The notes under the pieces were generated by a model. The model was not told the origin of the DNA, made no database searches, and saw only the letters and a list, made by a program, of their open reading frames with translations. Made by a program: the position numbers and the translations under genes. 64,000 bases of DNA from positions 34 through 64,033 of IMG/VR virus record IMGVR_UViG_3300049212_000062. One strand, written 5' to 3'. This document shows, piece by piece, positions 42,870 through 52,949 of this stretch. Position 1 is the stretch's first letter; every line of letters starts with the position of its first letter. The DNA is from a virus. Its lineage: Duplodnaviria; Caudoviricetes.

Positions 42870-45300
42870 ATACGTATCCCGGGTCTTGGTTCTCGCCTAC
42901 CGTGCGGTCTTCGTTGGTGAAGAACCCGTAGCTGTCATGTTCCTCTTCCGACGCAGCATCGTATGCTGGTGTCTCGTCGGGCGCATAACGGCAGATCCGC
43001 TCTCCGTCATCTCCGCCGCCACCACCGCCCCCGCCACCATCGGCGGCATGTACACGGGCATCCTCCACAACCGCCCGAATCTGCACCTCGTTGTTAGACT
43101 GCGGTGTGATAGAGACGATACGGCACAACTTCGCGTAAGCGTTCGCCGGGCCCATGGCAAACCGGGTGCGCTCACGGTCGGTGCCAGTGTAAATGTCAGC
43201 AGCCGGGTCGGGCGCTTCAAGGAAAACAAAAGAGCGCCGGGCTTCGCTGGGAGCAATCAAATACGGGCCATACACGTCGCCAGACGCGCCCTGGATGACT
43301 GCGTAGTTGTTGCCGACCGTCCACGACAGTTCTTCGGTAGACACCGCCGTTTGCGTTTCTTCAACGTAGTCTTCAATCTCACCGTTGACGCCCCAGCCCG
43401 CGATATCGTGCGCAACGCCAACGAGGTCACCGCAGCACGGGAGGTAGCCCTCCATCTCCGTCACGAACGAAATGGCGACACGGCGGTACGTGGCGTCTGC
43501 CACCGTGTACAGTGCTTCGCGCGTCGCTTGCTTCAGGTTCGTGATGCCCATGTAACTGAGCTTGGCGGGCGAAGCCGGCGGGTCTTCCGAGTCGGGGTCG
43601 ATAATGGTCAGCGTGTTGTTGCTTTCCACCTTGACCACAACGGTCGCTTCGCTCCACGTGGTCTCGTCGAAGTACGTAAGCTCCAGGCCGTCCGTGCTGT
43701 CGTCGGACAGCATGGTGTATTCAATGTTGAAGCTGCCGCGCTTGATGTTGCGCATGGTGAACAGCGCCACCGGCAGGTCTTGCAGCTCGTCTCGGATGAA
43801 CGTAAACACGCTGCCGCGCATGAGCGGGCGGGCCCGGCCAGCGCGGGCAATGGCAGACAGCGCGGCCCACAGCGTGATCCGTTTGTCAAAGATGCCATTG
43901 AATTCGTCGCCCCGGTCTTCCCAGACCAGAGACAGCTCGTATAGCGTCTGCAGGTCGATGCGGTTGTCGGGCACCATGCCGCCGTAATCGCTGTTCCGCA
44001 GTGCGTCTGCCAGCGCCCACGCAGGATTCGACGTCTCTGCTGCCGCAGCCCAACCACCGCCGGGGCTCCACGACGGCAGCCACCGGCGAAGGATCAAGCT
44101 GATGCGGCGCTGGGACAGACCGCTCAGTTGGCTGGTGGCGCGAATGCGCAGCGCCATGAACGTCGCGCTGCTTTCCATCGGCGCGCCGCTGTTGAGGTAC
44201 GCGCGCATGCCCAGCCATTGCAGGTCGTGGCCTGCGCGTGCGTTGTCGTCCCGCACGTCTTGGCGCGACACGCGCACTTCGTAGCGGCCAGCGGCCACGG
44301 TGTATTTGTACGTGCGGCGGATGGGCTTGTTCGTGGACGCAGTCAGCGACTCGTTGCCAATCAACGTCCACACGCCGGCCACGCCACCCGCGTCGGTGAT
44401 CTTCCGCGCCTCCACAAACCAGCTTGCAGACTTGGTGCCCAGCGTGCCATCGTCTTCGGCAAAGTACAGGCCCTTCGGGCACGTGATGTCAATGCCGATG
44501 ATGGTTGCACGCAAGCCAGGGCCACAGCACGCGAACGGCCCGATGTAGGCGCCGAACTCCATGTCTTGGCTGGCAACCTCAGGCGCGTTGACGACAGCGG
44601 GGTGCACCAGCGACAGCGGCGGGCCGAAGTTCGGACCGACGTACTGCATGGTGACTTCTTCGAAGTGCGAAATATCCGTGTCGTCAATCATCACCGTCTC
44701 GACGGTGAACTTGTCCATTTGCCCCAAGCAGAACAGGGCGTAGTAGAACTGATTGTCGTTGCCGTCAAACTCTGTGTAAGCCTGCGAAGCGAAGTCCGGC
44801 AGGATGATGTGACGCCCGTACAGCACGGGGATCGCTTGGCCGAGGCGCGCGGTGTTGCCTGCCAAACTGATATTGTAGGTGGGCGACGGGCTCTGCGCGC
44901 CGTTGCTGAGGTCAGCCAGCGGCGCATAAGACGGTGCCGGCATCAGCCCGCTGGCAAGGAGCGCAATGCCGACGAAGATCAGCGCCTGCGCGCCCGGCAC
45001 GATGTAGCCGACGATGATCAGCACAACGCCGAGCACTTGCTGGCTTGCGTTGCCGCCACCCTTCGGCAACGTCACGTAGACCACATGATCGTCGCTGCTG
45101 GGAATCCAGTCCCAGTCGTCTTGAATGGCGAACTCGCCGTTGTACAGGCACAGCGTCGGCAGGTTGCTCTTCGGCGCCAGCTCGCGCAGCGACTGCCCCG
45201 CTTCGGCGCGGAACACCTCGCGATGCCCGACGTTCAGCACGCCGCTCGCGTGCACAACCACCGGGCCCAGTTGGCTGAGTTCGACTAGCTGGTGGTGCAT
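42859..45300 (-). CDS. Central tail fibre / host-specificity protein (lambda gpI+gpJ-like)
   Basis: ATG at 45300; ARLGQAIPVLYGRH, GRYEVRV and SNPAWALAD motifs. Confidence 0.88.
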   Translation of the reverse strand: MHHQLVELSQLGPVVVHASGVLNVGHREVFRAEAGQSLRELAPKSNLPTLCLYNGEFAIQDDWDWIPSSDDHVVYVTLPKGGGNASQQVLGVVLIIVGYIVPGAQALIFVGIALLASGLMPAPSYAPLADLSNGAQSPSPTYNISLAGNTARLGQAIPVLYGRHIILPDFASQAYTEFDGNDNQFYYALFCLGQMDKFTVETVMIDDTDISHFEEVTMQYVGPNFGPPLSLVHPAVVNAPEVASQDMEFGAYIGPFACCGPGLRATIIGIDITCPKGLYFAEDDGTLGTKSASWFVEARKITDAGGVAGVWTLIGNESLTASTNKPIRRTYKYTVAAGRYEVRVSRQDVRDDNARAGHDLQWLGMRAYLNSGAPMESSATFMALRIRATSQLSGLSQRRISLILRRWLPSWSPGGGWAAAAETSNPAWALADALRNSDYGGMVPDNRIDLQTLYELSLVWEDRGDEFNGIFDKRITLWAALSAIARAGRARPLMRGSVFTFIRDELQDLPVALFTMRNIKRGSFNIEYTMLSDDSTDGLELTYFDETTWSEATVVVKVESNNTLTIIDPDSEDPPASPAKLSYMGITNLKQATREALYTVADATYRRVAISFVTEMEGYLPCCGDLVGVAHDIAGWGVNGEIEDYVEETQTAVSTEELSWTVGNNYAVIQGASGDVYGPYLIAPSEARRSFVFLEAPDPAADIYTGTDRERTRFAMGPANAYAKLCRIVSITPQSNNEVQIRAVVEDARVHAADGGGGGGGGGDDGERICRYAPDETPAYDAASEEEHDSYGFFTNEDRTVGENQDPGYVYAS

Positions 45301-45710
45301 TTGCTGACGTGCCGGAAGTAGGAGAGGTAACGCCAGCCCAGCATGCGCAGGTTGGAAGCTGGTGTGAACATGACGCCCGTGCCTTCGATGCAGTGCAACA
45401 CACCGAAGCCGCCGTTGGCGTAGATCCAAATGCCGATGTGGATAGGCAGCTTGTTGCGGCCCATGAGCACAAGGTCGCCTTCGAGCGGTGTGGTCACCTG
45501 CTGCCAGTGTTGGCGCTCTTCGTCGGCTTCGATGGCTTCGGCTGCAAGCCGCCAATCCTCATAGCTGTACCCGTGCCCGAGCGCGTGCATCTTGATGCCG
45601 TAGCGCACCTCCTGCACATAGCGGGCAAGGCCCCAGCAGTCGAATTCGTTAGGCCCCGTGGCGCCAAAGCTCCACGGTTTGCCGATGAGTTCAGATGCCC
45701 AGTGGCTCAT
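45285..45710 (-). CDS. NlpC/P60 tail protein (gpK-like)
   Basis: GATGPNEFDCWGL...HIGI...LH. Confidence 0.9.
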   Translation of the reverse strand: MSHWASELIGKPWSFGATGPNEFDCWGLARYVQEVRYGIKMHALGHGYSYEDWRLAAEAIEADEERQHWQQVTTPLEGDLVLMGRNKLPIHIGIWIYANGGFGVLHCIEGTGVMFTPASNLRMLGWRYLSYFRHVSKCTTS

Positions 45711-46279
45711 CGCACCACCAATCCCGGGAAGCGCCGGGCAATGTAGTCAGACGCAGGGAAGCGCCGGTTGGTGAGGTCAGACAGCCCGGCACGCGCCACA
45801 AGGCTCGTCATGTCGCCACCAATGTTCCGCAGCGTCAGCGTCAGTGGCGGGTTCATGTGCGGGCCGCTCAGGTCACTGAGCAGGTATGGCCGCCAGATCA
45901 TCGTGATGGGCACACGGCTTTCCTTGGCGCGGTCCAGGTACGGGATCAGCAGCCGCGACACGTTGTCGACACGCAGCTCTACCTCCGGCGTGCTGCTGAC
46001 AGCTTCGGCTTCTGGCGGACGTGTGAACGAGAAGTAGCAAGGGCTGAACGTGACCTCTTCGCCGGCGTTGAGCGGTGCGTCGTCTTCCAGGTAGGCCAGG
46101 AGCTCTTGGTGGTCGTTAACCACACGCACCGGGATGGTGGAGCTGTTCTCGTCGATGAACGTTGGATGCAACAGCTCAATCGTGTCGAACACAATGTCGT
46201 CAGTCGGCGCTGTTGCGTAGGCTGCCGCCAGCGCATCCGAGTAGGACACACCGCGACGGGGTGGGCGCATTGAAGGCAT
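45707..46279 (-). CDS. DUF1833 minor tail protein (gpL-like)
   Basis: AYATAP...TIELLHP...DNVS...YL.SDLSGP...FPGL. Confidence 0.85.
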   Translation of the reverse strand: MPSMRPPRRGVSYSDALAAAYATAPTDDIVFDTIELLHPTFIDENSSTIPVRVVNDHQELLAYLEDDAPLNAGEEVTFSPCYFSFTRPPEAEAVSSTPEVELRVDNVSRLLIPYLDRAKESRVPITMIWRPYLLSDLSGPHMNPPLTLTLRNIGGDMTSLVARAGLSDLTNRRFPASDYIARRFPGLVVR

Positions 46280-46293
46280 GGCGGGAGTATGCC

Positions 46294-47406
46294 CTAGTCG
46301 TACCGGACAATGTTCGTGATGCGCAGGTCTTCAATTTTGCCGGTGTAGTAGTGCATCAGGTCGTAGAGGAACTGTGCATCGTCTTTGCCGAGCACAAAGC
46401 GCGGCCAGATCGGCAGGTTGTAGAAGAACGGTGCCAGCGTGTACACCGTGCCAACCACGGCGCCAAGCGGCGCCACACCGATTTCCAGGAAGCCTTTCCG
46501 CACCTGCACGAAGCAGTGATACCAGTCCGTTGCGGGCACGAGTGCGTCTTCCAGCAGGGCCTCGAAATAGCGTGTTTGCGAAGCGTTGTCAGCGCACCAG
46601 AAATAAAGCTGCCGCCGACGCACGGCAAGGCCGTAAGCCCGTGCATATGGATCGGCTTCGGGCTCACCCTCCGTGGTGTTCATGCACCAGACAACGCTGT
46701 CCTTCTCTCCGCCGCGATTCTGGATCCAGCACTCGATGCAGAAGGCGACGCCGGGGAAGCTGGCCCGCAGATCCCACTCCGTGTTCGCCCCGTAGTCGAC
46801 AAACGCTTCGTCCCCGTGAATGTAGGCGTGCCGCGCCGGCTCTTCGCCAACGCCGTCCACAAGGTCAACCGTGCCGCCAACGGTCTCGGGCGTGAAACTG
46901 TTCTTCACGTCGTCCAATTGCGTGGCTGTCTCAAACGGCGCAGCGAAGGCAACGTTGGCCCACAGCGGGTCGTCGTCCAAGTTAGCCACAGTGAACGGCG
47001 CCGGCACCGTGTACGGGCGTGTCGCCAGGACGAAGCGGTCGCGCAGCTCCAGCCGGGCCGTAACGGTGTTCTGGTCGAAGCCAGCCGGCACCATCTCGTA
47101 AGGCTCAACGAAGCGCACAAGGCACCACGCCTCCAGGCCGTCCGGCGACGGTAGCTGCATCCAAAACGGCTTGAGCCCGTTCTTCAGCGTGTACGTCCAC
47201 CAGCTCTCGAACGTGCCGAACTCGTAACTGAACATCTCCCAGGTGACCTCGCAAGTCATCCCAGGGTCCAGCGTGTAGCCGCGCCGTGACCGCACCGCGT
47301 TCTCCTGCTCCGTGGCGGCGACACGGTTGGCCGGGCGCTGCCCGTTAACTGTGGTTACGGGCGGGACGTCCAGCGGCAGGAACTCGCGAGTCTGGTTGGA
47401 GATCAT
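46294..47406 (-). CDS. Distal-tail (gpM-like) domain plus C-terminal LamG-like domain
   Basis: FESWWTYTLKNGLKPFWMQLP, then FCIECWI...WYHCFV...GKIEDLRIT. Confidence 0.7.
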   Translation of the reverse strand: MISNQTREFLPLDVPPVTTVNGQRPANRVAATEQENAVRSRRGYTLDPGMTCEVTWEMFSYEFGTFESWWTYTLKNGLKPFWMQLPSPDGLEAWCLVRFVEPYEMVPAGFDQNTVTARLELRDRFVLATRPYTVPAPFTVANLDDDPLWANVAFAAPFETATQLDDVKNSFTPETVGGTVDLVDGVGEEPARHAYIHGDEAFVDYGANTEWDLRASFPGVAFCIECWIQNRGGEKDSVVWCMNTTEGEPEADPYARAYGLAVRRRQLYFWCADNASQTRYFEALLEDALVPATDWYHCFVQVRKGFLEIGVAPLGAVVGTVYTLAPFFYNLPIWPRFVLGKDDAQFLYDLMHYYTGKIEDLRITNIVRYD

Positions 47407-48758
47407 GGCAGTTCTTCCAGCATGCCCGTCGGGGTGACAACGATGCTAGCTGCGCCTTTGAGTAGGTTGGGCGTGCCGAAGAACCGGCCGCGCGCTGTTT
47501 GAATACCGCTGCCAGAAGCCAAGCCGTACATGCCAATCGGAAGCAGCCGGCCACGCGGGGTAACCTGGATGTCAGCCTTGCCATACAGCACAAGCGACAG
47601 CTCCAGATTGCCTCGTGCATTGGTGATGCCGATGCTGGTGGTGCCGTACAGCTCGTCCGTGCCGCTGGGCCGGTAGTAGAACATCGGGAACTTTGAGCGC
47701 AGTTGCATCGTCACGCGCCAGTACCCGCCGTCCAGTGCCTCTGCTGACGGCTCGCCAATGCACTCGCATGTGAACCATGCGTTGCTGTTGTAATTGAGCG
47801 GCAACTCGATGTCGAACTGCCGTGCTCCGCCGAGTGTGTCCTGGTGCCACCATTGGTCGAAGTAACGGTACTGGACCGCCGTGTACTGGAAGCACGCCTG
47901 CGTTTTGTACGGCGCGAACCGCATGGTATTGCGACGGCGCGGGCGGCCGATGGCGGGCTCGAACGCGCTGCGGCTGTCTTCGCGCGTGGACATGAAGTTC
48001 TCGCGCAGCGGCCCCGGCAGGTCCGCCGGGTAGCGAATGCCGGTTGGCGATTCATCGACGGGTGGCGGCTCTGCGGGTGGCGGTGCCGGCGGTGCAATCG
48101 GCGGGTCGGCTTCGTCGAAGTAAAGCTTGTGCTCGTCGATGCGCATGTCGCCCAGCGGAGCGGACAAGCCGTCGGTAACAAACTCGGTGTCTTCGGGGAT
48201 CGGCGTGACGCTGCCCTGCCCAAGGAACACGCCGTCGGCGAACACGTAGGCCGTGCCGGCGTCGTAGTACACGGCAATCTCTACCCACTCCCCGGGCGGC
48301 AGGTTGTACGTGACAATGAACTCGGGCGTGCCCACATTGGAGCCGCCATACACCTTGATCCGCCCGCCGAACTCCAGGTCTGCCGGGTCGTAGCCGTAGT
48401 CGGCTTTATAGAACAACGTGCCGGAGTAGTTGGCCGGGCCGCCCAGCGGTTGCAGCCAGAAGGAGTCGGTGTCATCAACTGGGTTGCGCCAGCCGTTCGG
48501 GTTGTAGACGCACGTCTTCAGCGTCAACTTGCCGTTGGTGACCGTGCCGAGGTGGTCGGTGTCCCACTCGCCAACCCAGAAGTTCTGCTGATACTCGGGG
48601 AACTCAGCCGAGCCGCTCAAGCTGGACCCGGACGTGCCCATGCGGTGCACGGTGTCCAGCCCGACATAGTCGGTGTATTCGACGACGTCATTAACGGTGT
48701 GGCCCTGCTGGTCTACCAACGGCAGGGCGTCGAACTTGAGGTAAACCGCCAACGTCAT
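47403..48758 (-). CDS. N-terminal LamG-like domain plus distal-tail (gpM-like) domain
   Basis: WVEIAVYY...VFADG...IDEHKLY, Pro linker, then GRPRRR...FDQWW...GGARQFDIELP. Confidence 0.7.
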   Translation of the reverse strand: MTLAVYLKFDALPLVDQQGHTVNDVVEYTDYVGLDTVHRMGTSGSSLSGSAEFPEYQQNFWVGEWDTDHLGTVTNGKLTLKTCVYNPNGWRNPVDDTDSFWLQPLGGPANYSGTLFYKADYGYDPADLEFGGRIKVYGGSNVGTPEFIVTYNLPPGEWVEIAVYYDAGTAYVFADGVFLGQGSVTPIPEDTEFVTDGLSAPLGDMRIDEHKLYFDEADPPIAPPAPPPAEPPPVDESPTGIRYPADLPGPLRENFMSTREDSRSAFEPAIGRPRRRNTMRFAPYKTQACFQYTAVQYRYFDQWWHQDTLGGARQFDIELPLNYNSNAWFTCECIGEPSAEALDGGYWRVTMQLRSKFPMFYYRPSGTDELYGTTSIGITNARGNLELSLVLYGKADIQVTPRGRLLPIGMYGLASGSGIQTARGRFFGTPNLLKGAASIVVTPTGMLEELP

Positions 48759-51646
48759 CGCGCAGACCCCACGGCACGGTTGAGGCCGTAGCGGGACTCC
48801 ATGGCTGTTGCGATGGGCCCGCCCCGGTTGATGTCGCGCGCCACGGTAGCAGCCACGGTGATCTCGATCTCACGCCCGTCCGGCGTCTGCCGCTCTTGCG
48901 TGGTGGCCCGCGTGCCGTCGGCATTGTTGTTGACAATGACGCGAACGTTGCTGGCGTTGCCTCCAAGCGAGCTGAGATCCTTGCCGCTGTTCATCGCCTC
49001 CAGCGCCGCACGGTTCTTGCGCGTGCCCTCGGCGTTCACAACGAACTCGCGGCCGTGCACCACGCCGGCAACGGTCTTCTTGCCGTAGTCGCCCGTATAG
49101 CCGCCCTGTTCGTATCCTGCGATCTTGGCCACATTCGCGGCAGCCGCCACGCCCACGGCAGCGGCAAGCGCGTAGTTGTACGGAGGCGGGGCGCTCGCCA
49201 GGGCCTTCTGCACGGCCACGATGCCGTCGATGGTTGCCTGCGCGATAGCTGCCGCCTTGCCGATGGCTGCAAGCTTCTTGTTGCTGCTGTTGGACAGCGT
49301 TGCGAGGCTGCTGAAGAACTGCTGCTCGTTGGCGAAGCGCGCCTGATGCTGTTCGATGGCGACGCGCGTGCGCAGCATCTCTGCGTCTTGTTCACTCAGC
49401 AGGTTCTTCTGCCGCATGGCGTCGATCTGCGCGTACATGGTCTCGAACGCGGCAAGCTGCGCCTGGATGGCGACCTGCGTGCCGTTGATGTCGAGGCCCA
49501 TGCTGGTGAGCATGTTGGACGTCGCCGTGGCCGCGTCACCTGTGGTGAACTGCGGGTTTGCGAGCATGTTCTGCAGCGCCACAAGTTGCGCCTCGAACTC
49601 TTTACGCTTGCCGATACTTTGCTCGTACAGCGCGTCTTGTGCCTGCACCACGCGGTTCAGGTCTTCGATGGCCGTCAGCTTGGCACGCAGGCCCGCAGTT
49701 TCCTTCTCAGTCAGCGTGATGCCCTGCTCTTGCAGTTGCAAAGTGATCTGTTGCAGTTGGGCGGCCACTTGGCGTTCGCCGGTGTCCACCTTCATAATCT
49801 CAATCTGTTGGTCCAGCTCGCGGTTGATCTTGCCAAGCGGGTCGATGAGATCTTGATAATACTTGCGCGCAAGCTCCAGGTATTGGTTCGCCGTGTTACG
49901 GTCGATGAGGCCGAACTTGACCGCGTTGTTCAGCGTCTGCTCGGCCTTTGCCAGTTCAAGCACGGCAGCGGCCGACGGCTTGATTGTGTTCAACAGCGAT
50001 TGCAGCGCGGTCTTCGCCTTGTCCAGCTCCTGCTGGTTCACCGGCGGCTTGGCCGGCGTACCGGCGACCGTGCTGGGCGTGTTGGGGTGCAGCTTGGCAA
50101 GCCGATCCACTTCGGCACGGGCTGCGCTGAACTCCTTGGCCCGGTCGATCATCTTGTCCAAGAACTGCTCGGTTGGGCCCTGTTCGTTGAAGCCTTCCAT
50201 GAACGCCGCGCCGACGTCCTTGCCCAGCTTGGCAGCGGCCCCGGCTTGCGCGTTGGGGAGCGTGAAGTCGATGTTGGTGGCGATCTTGCCCAGCCCCGCA
50301 AACTCGGTCACAGTGCTGAGGAGTTCGCCTGCCTTGTTGACAAAGCTCCCGATCTTCTCCAGCACCGCGTTCAGTGCCTGCGTGAACAAGTCAGACAGTG
50401 CGGGCGGAACGCCTTCGAAGAGCGCCGTGGTGGCGCGCACGGCACCACGCCACAGGCCGACATATACGTCAACGACCTTGGCTGCGCCGCGCAAGATGCC
50501 GACGAGGCTGATATCAACTGTGTTCCACCACTTCATGAACGCCTCGCCCAGCGGTCCCAAGGCGGCCAAGGCTGCGTCGTACAGTGCGCGGAAACCCTGC
50601 TGTGCAGCCTCGCCGATGGCGCGCAGCAAGTCCCAGAACGTCGTCATGCTGTTGACGCCCAGGTTGATCTTGTCGCTGAACAGAACAAGGGTAGTGACCA
50701 CACTGGTCAGCACCACCAACAGGGCGCCAATTGGGTTCGCGGCGATTGCCGCCGTCAAGGCCCCTACGGCGGCCGTGGCGCCGCGCAACACCGCAGCCGT
50801 ACCACCAACCAGCAGCAGGCCGCTCGCGAGCCCTAGCGCGGCTTTTGCGGCCGTGTCCAGGTTGTTCGCCAGGAACATCATGATTTGCGACAGGGTCTTG
50901 CTGAACCCCGTTGCTTCATCCATCGCGCCAACGTAGCTCAGTACGTTGTTCTTCAGCACCTGGAACGACTGCGACAGCGTGGGGATAGTCTTGCCGAAGC
51001 GCTCTTCCAGCTCTGCCCGTGCGTCCTGGAACGCGCCCAGCACAGTCTGCGCGGTGATCTTGCCCTGTTCGCCCATCAACCGCAGCTCGCCGCGTGTGAC
51101 GCCGAGCTTCTTGGCAATCACGTCCGCCACGGCCGGCAGTTGCTCCAACACGCTGCGCAGTTCGTCGCCGCGCAGCGTGCCGCTTGCCAAGCCCTGCGAC
51201 AACTGGATCAGGCCAGCCTGCGCCTCCGTTGCGCTGGCGCCTGACAGGATGATGGCTTGGTTCAGCGACTTGGTGAAATCGATGAGCTGCTGTTGGCTGA
51301 CGCCGAGTTCCTTGCTGCTGGTGGCAAGGCGCGCATACAGCTCCACGCTACCTTCGACACTGCTGCGCGTGTCGTTGCTGACATCAAGCAGTGACTTGTA
51401 GACGGCGGTTAGCCCTGCTGCCTCCAGGCCCGTGCTGCGCAGGCGGTTCTGGAGGTTCTGGTACGTGTTGATCAGCTCCAGCACTTCGCGGACAGCCAAG
51501 GCCCCGCCGATGCTTGCCAGGGCCTTCTTGAGGAAGTCCACGCCGCCGGCCGCCTTGCGGGCAGCCGGGTCCAGGTCTTCTAGCCGGCGCTTCACGACGC
51601 GCGAGCCGTCCTCGCGCACCTGGATGTCAATGCGTTCTGTGGTCAT
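48755..51646 (-). CDS. Tail tape measure protein (about 963 aa)
   Basis: QLSQGLASGTLRGDELRSVLEQ tape-measure motif and GGYTG...AGVVHGREFV C-terminus. Confidence 0.95.
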   Translation of the reverse strand: MTTERIDIQVREDGSRVVKRRLEDLDPAARKAAGGVDFLKKALASIGGALAVREVLELINTYQNLQNRLRSTGLEAAGLTAVYKSLLDVSNDTRSSVEGSVELYARLATSSKELGVSQQQLIDFTKSLNQAIILSGASATEAQAGLIQLSQGLASGTLRGDELRSVLEQLPAVADVIAKKLGVTRGELRLMGEQGKITAQTVLGAFQDARAELEERFGKTIPTLSQSFQVLKNNVLSYVGAMDEATGFSKTLSQIMMFLANNLDTAAKAALGLASGLLLVGGTAAVLRGATAAVGALTAAIAANPIGALLVVLTSVVTTLVLFSDKINLGVNSMTTFWDLLRAIGEAAQQGFRALYDAALAALGPLGEAFMKWWNTVDISLVGILRGAAKVVDVYVGLWRGAVRATTALFEGVPPALSDLFTQALNAVLEKIGSFVNKAGELLSTVTEFAGLGKIATNIDFTLPNAQAGAAAKLGKDVGAAFMEGFNEQGPTEQFLDKMIDRAKEFSAARAEVDRLAKLHPNTPSTVAGTPAKPPVNQQELDKAKTALQSLLNTIKPSAAAVLELAKAEQTLNNAVKFGLIDRNTANQYLELARKYYQDLIDPLGKINRELDQQIEIMKVDTGERQVAAQLQQITLQLQEQGITLTEKETAGLRAKLTAIEDLNRVVQAQDALYEQSIGKRKEFEAQLVALQNMLANPQFTTGDAATATSNMLTSMGLDINGTQVAIQAQLAAFETMYAQIDAMRQKNLLSEQDAEMLRTRVAIEQHQARFANEQQFFSSLATLSNSSNKKLAAIGKAAAIAQATIDGIVAVQKALASAPPPYNYALAAAVGVAAAANVAKIAGYEQGGYTGDYGKKTVAGVVHGREFVVNAEGTRKNRAALEAMNSGKDLSSLGGNASNVRVIVNNNADGTRATTQERQTPDGREIEITVAATVARDINRGGPIATAMESRYGLNRAVGSAR

Positions 51647-52107
51647 TCGCTGCTGCCTGTGATGGTGAGCTTCGCGCCTTTGACACGCGCCGCGCCCGCC
51701 TGGACAGCAGCTTCCACGAAACCGGCCGGCGCTTGCGCGCTCCAACCGTCATTCAACCGGCCGATGTATGGCAGGTTGTTTGTCAGGTGAATCGTCGAGT
51801 TACGATCCCCGTCGTAGCCCTCGATGACCTCTTTTGCCTTGGCAATGGAGCGTTGCGCCACGGCCCCGCCAGTGCCTTCGAAACCCTTGCGGACACCGCC
51901 CAGGGTGCCCACGGTGCCCTCCGCCGGCCCGTCGAGCTGCGCCTGCCAGTTGGAACGGGCACGCCCGGTATCGACGGGCGTGCCCAGCACAACGGCGGAG
52001 TCGACGGCCAGGGCCACACGACGCACCAGCTTGTCAGCGTTCTCTGCGACCGCGCGGCCCCGCACCCGCATTTTCCGGCCGAATGATCCGAGGTCGTTCG
52101 TTGCCAT
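51643..52107 (-). CDS. HK97 gp10-like tail completion protein
   Basis: TPVDTGRARSNW...NNLPYI.RLNDGWS.QAPAGFV. Confidence 0.9.
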   Translation of the reverse strand: MATNDLGSFGRKMRVRGRAVAENADKLVRRVALAVDSAVVLGTPVDTGRARSNWQAQLDGPAEGTVGTLGGVRKGFEGTGGAVAQRSIAKAKEVIEGYDGDRNSTIHLTNNLPYIGRLNDGWSAQAPAGFVEAAVQAGAARVKGAKLTITGSSE

Positions 52108-52459
52108 TGTTGCTAGGTGGTGGAGGCTTCTTTGCTTGCTTGGCCCGATGTTCGAGGTACACGGCATCCAGCTTGCTCACATGGTAGTGCAAGTCCTCCC
52201 ACTGGTCCCCGATAATGCCGTGTTCCCGGCAGTATCTTCGCACGGCCGACCACGGAATCGGTCCTTCGGCAAAGCCAAACGCGCGGTCAGTAGTTAGGTC
52301 CATGAAGGCTGTGAAGAACAGCTCCAGCCCTAACCACAGGTCCGGCGCGTTGGCGATGGCAGCCGGCAACGCCTTGCGCTGCCGGACACACTGCTGGAGG
52401 ATGAACTGTTCAGTCGGCCCCTGCTCCAGCGTGTACAGCAGGACCGCCGTCAGTTTCCC
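52034..52459 (-). CDS. Tail assembly chaperone, -1 frameshift extension (gpGT-like)
   Basis: Slippery G GGA AAC at 52459-52453 just before the chaperone stop; the -1 frame stays open (GKLTAVLLY...GPIPWSAV). Confidence 0.8.
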   Translation of the reverse strand, partial: GKLTAVLLYTLEQGPTEQFILQQCVRQRKALPAAIANAPDLWLGLELFFTAFMDLTTDRAFGFAEGPIPWSAVRRYCREHGIIGDQWEDLHYHVSKLDAVYLEHRAKQAKKPPPPSNNGNERPRIIRPENAGAGPRGRRER

Positions 52460-52899
52460 GCGTCGGCCTCGCGGATCTCGGCGCGGAACAGCGCGGCGCG
52501 TTGGGCCTGCTCGACGATGTCTTGGTACAAGTCGGGCAGGTCTTCGAACAACTCCAGGCAGGCTTCCACACTGAATTCGCGCGGGCTGAACGTGCCGGCG
52601 GGCGACCCGTCCGGGTTCTTGTCCATCAGCTCCACGTTCTCCCAGCCCAGCACCACCGTCTCGGCGTACACCTTGCGCATCAGCTTGGTGACCTGCTCGG
52701 TGGCGATGGTCTCGGTCTGGATCTGCCTGCGGTACGGCTTGACGACCGCCTCCAGCCGCTTGGCGAAGCGTTCGTTGGAACCACCGGCCCGCGCAATGCG
52801 GATGCAGATGGGCAGCCCTTGGCTGTTGTTGCCGTACTCCAGCAAGACGCCGGTCTTCTCGACGTTGCCGTCGGTCTTGAATTGTTCGTACAGGTTCAT
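52450..52899 (-). CDS. Tail assembly chaperone
   Basis: Lies between tail tube and tape measure genes; RIARAGGSN..F, VLGWENV and LPDL motifs. Confidence 0.88.
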   Translation of the reverse strand: MNLYEQFKTDGNVEKTGVLLEYGNNSQGLPICIRIARAGGSNERFAKRLEAVVKPYRRQIQTETIATEQVTKLMRKVYAETVVLGWENVELMDKNPDGSPAGTFSPREFSVEACLELFEDLPDLYQDIVEQAQRAALFRAEIREADAGN

Positions 52900-52915
52900 G
52901 GAGGCTCCGAGTTAG

Positions 52916-52940
52916 GCAGGGGCGCACTGCGCGCCCCTGC
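52916..52940 (-). terminator. Stable hairpin after the major tail gene
   Basis: GCAGGGGCGC/GCGCCCCTGC 10-bp stem with a weak U tract. Confidence 0.5.
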
Positions 52941-52949
52941 GGGCCTCCA

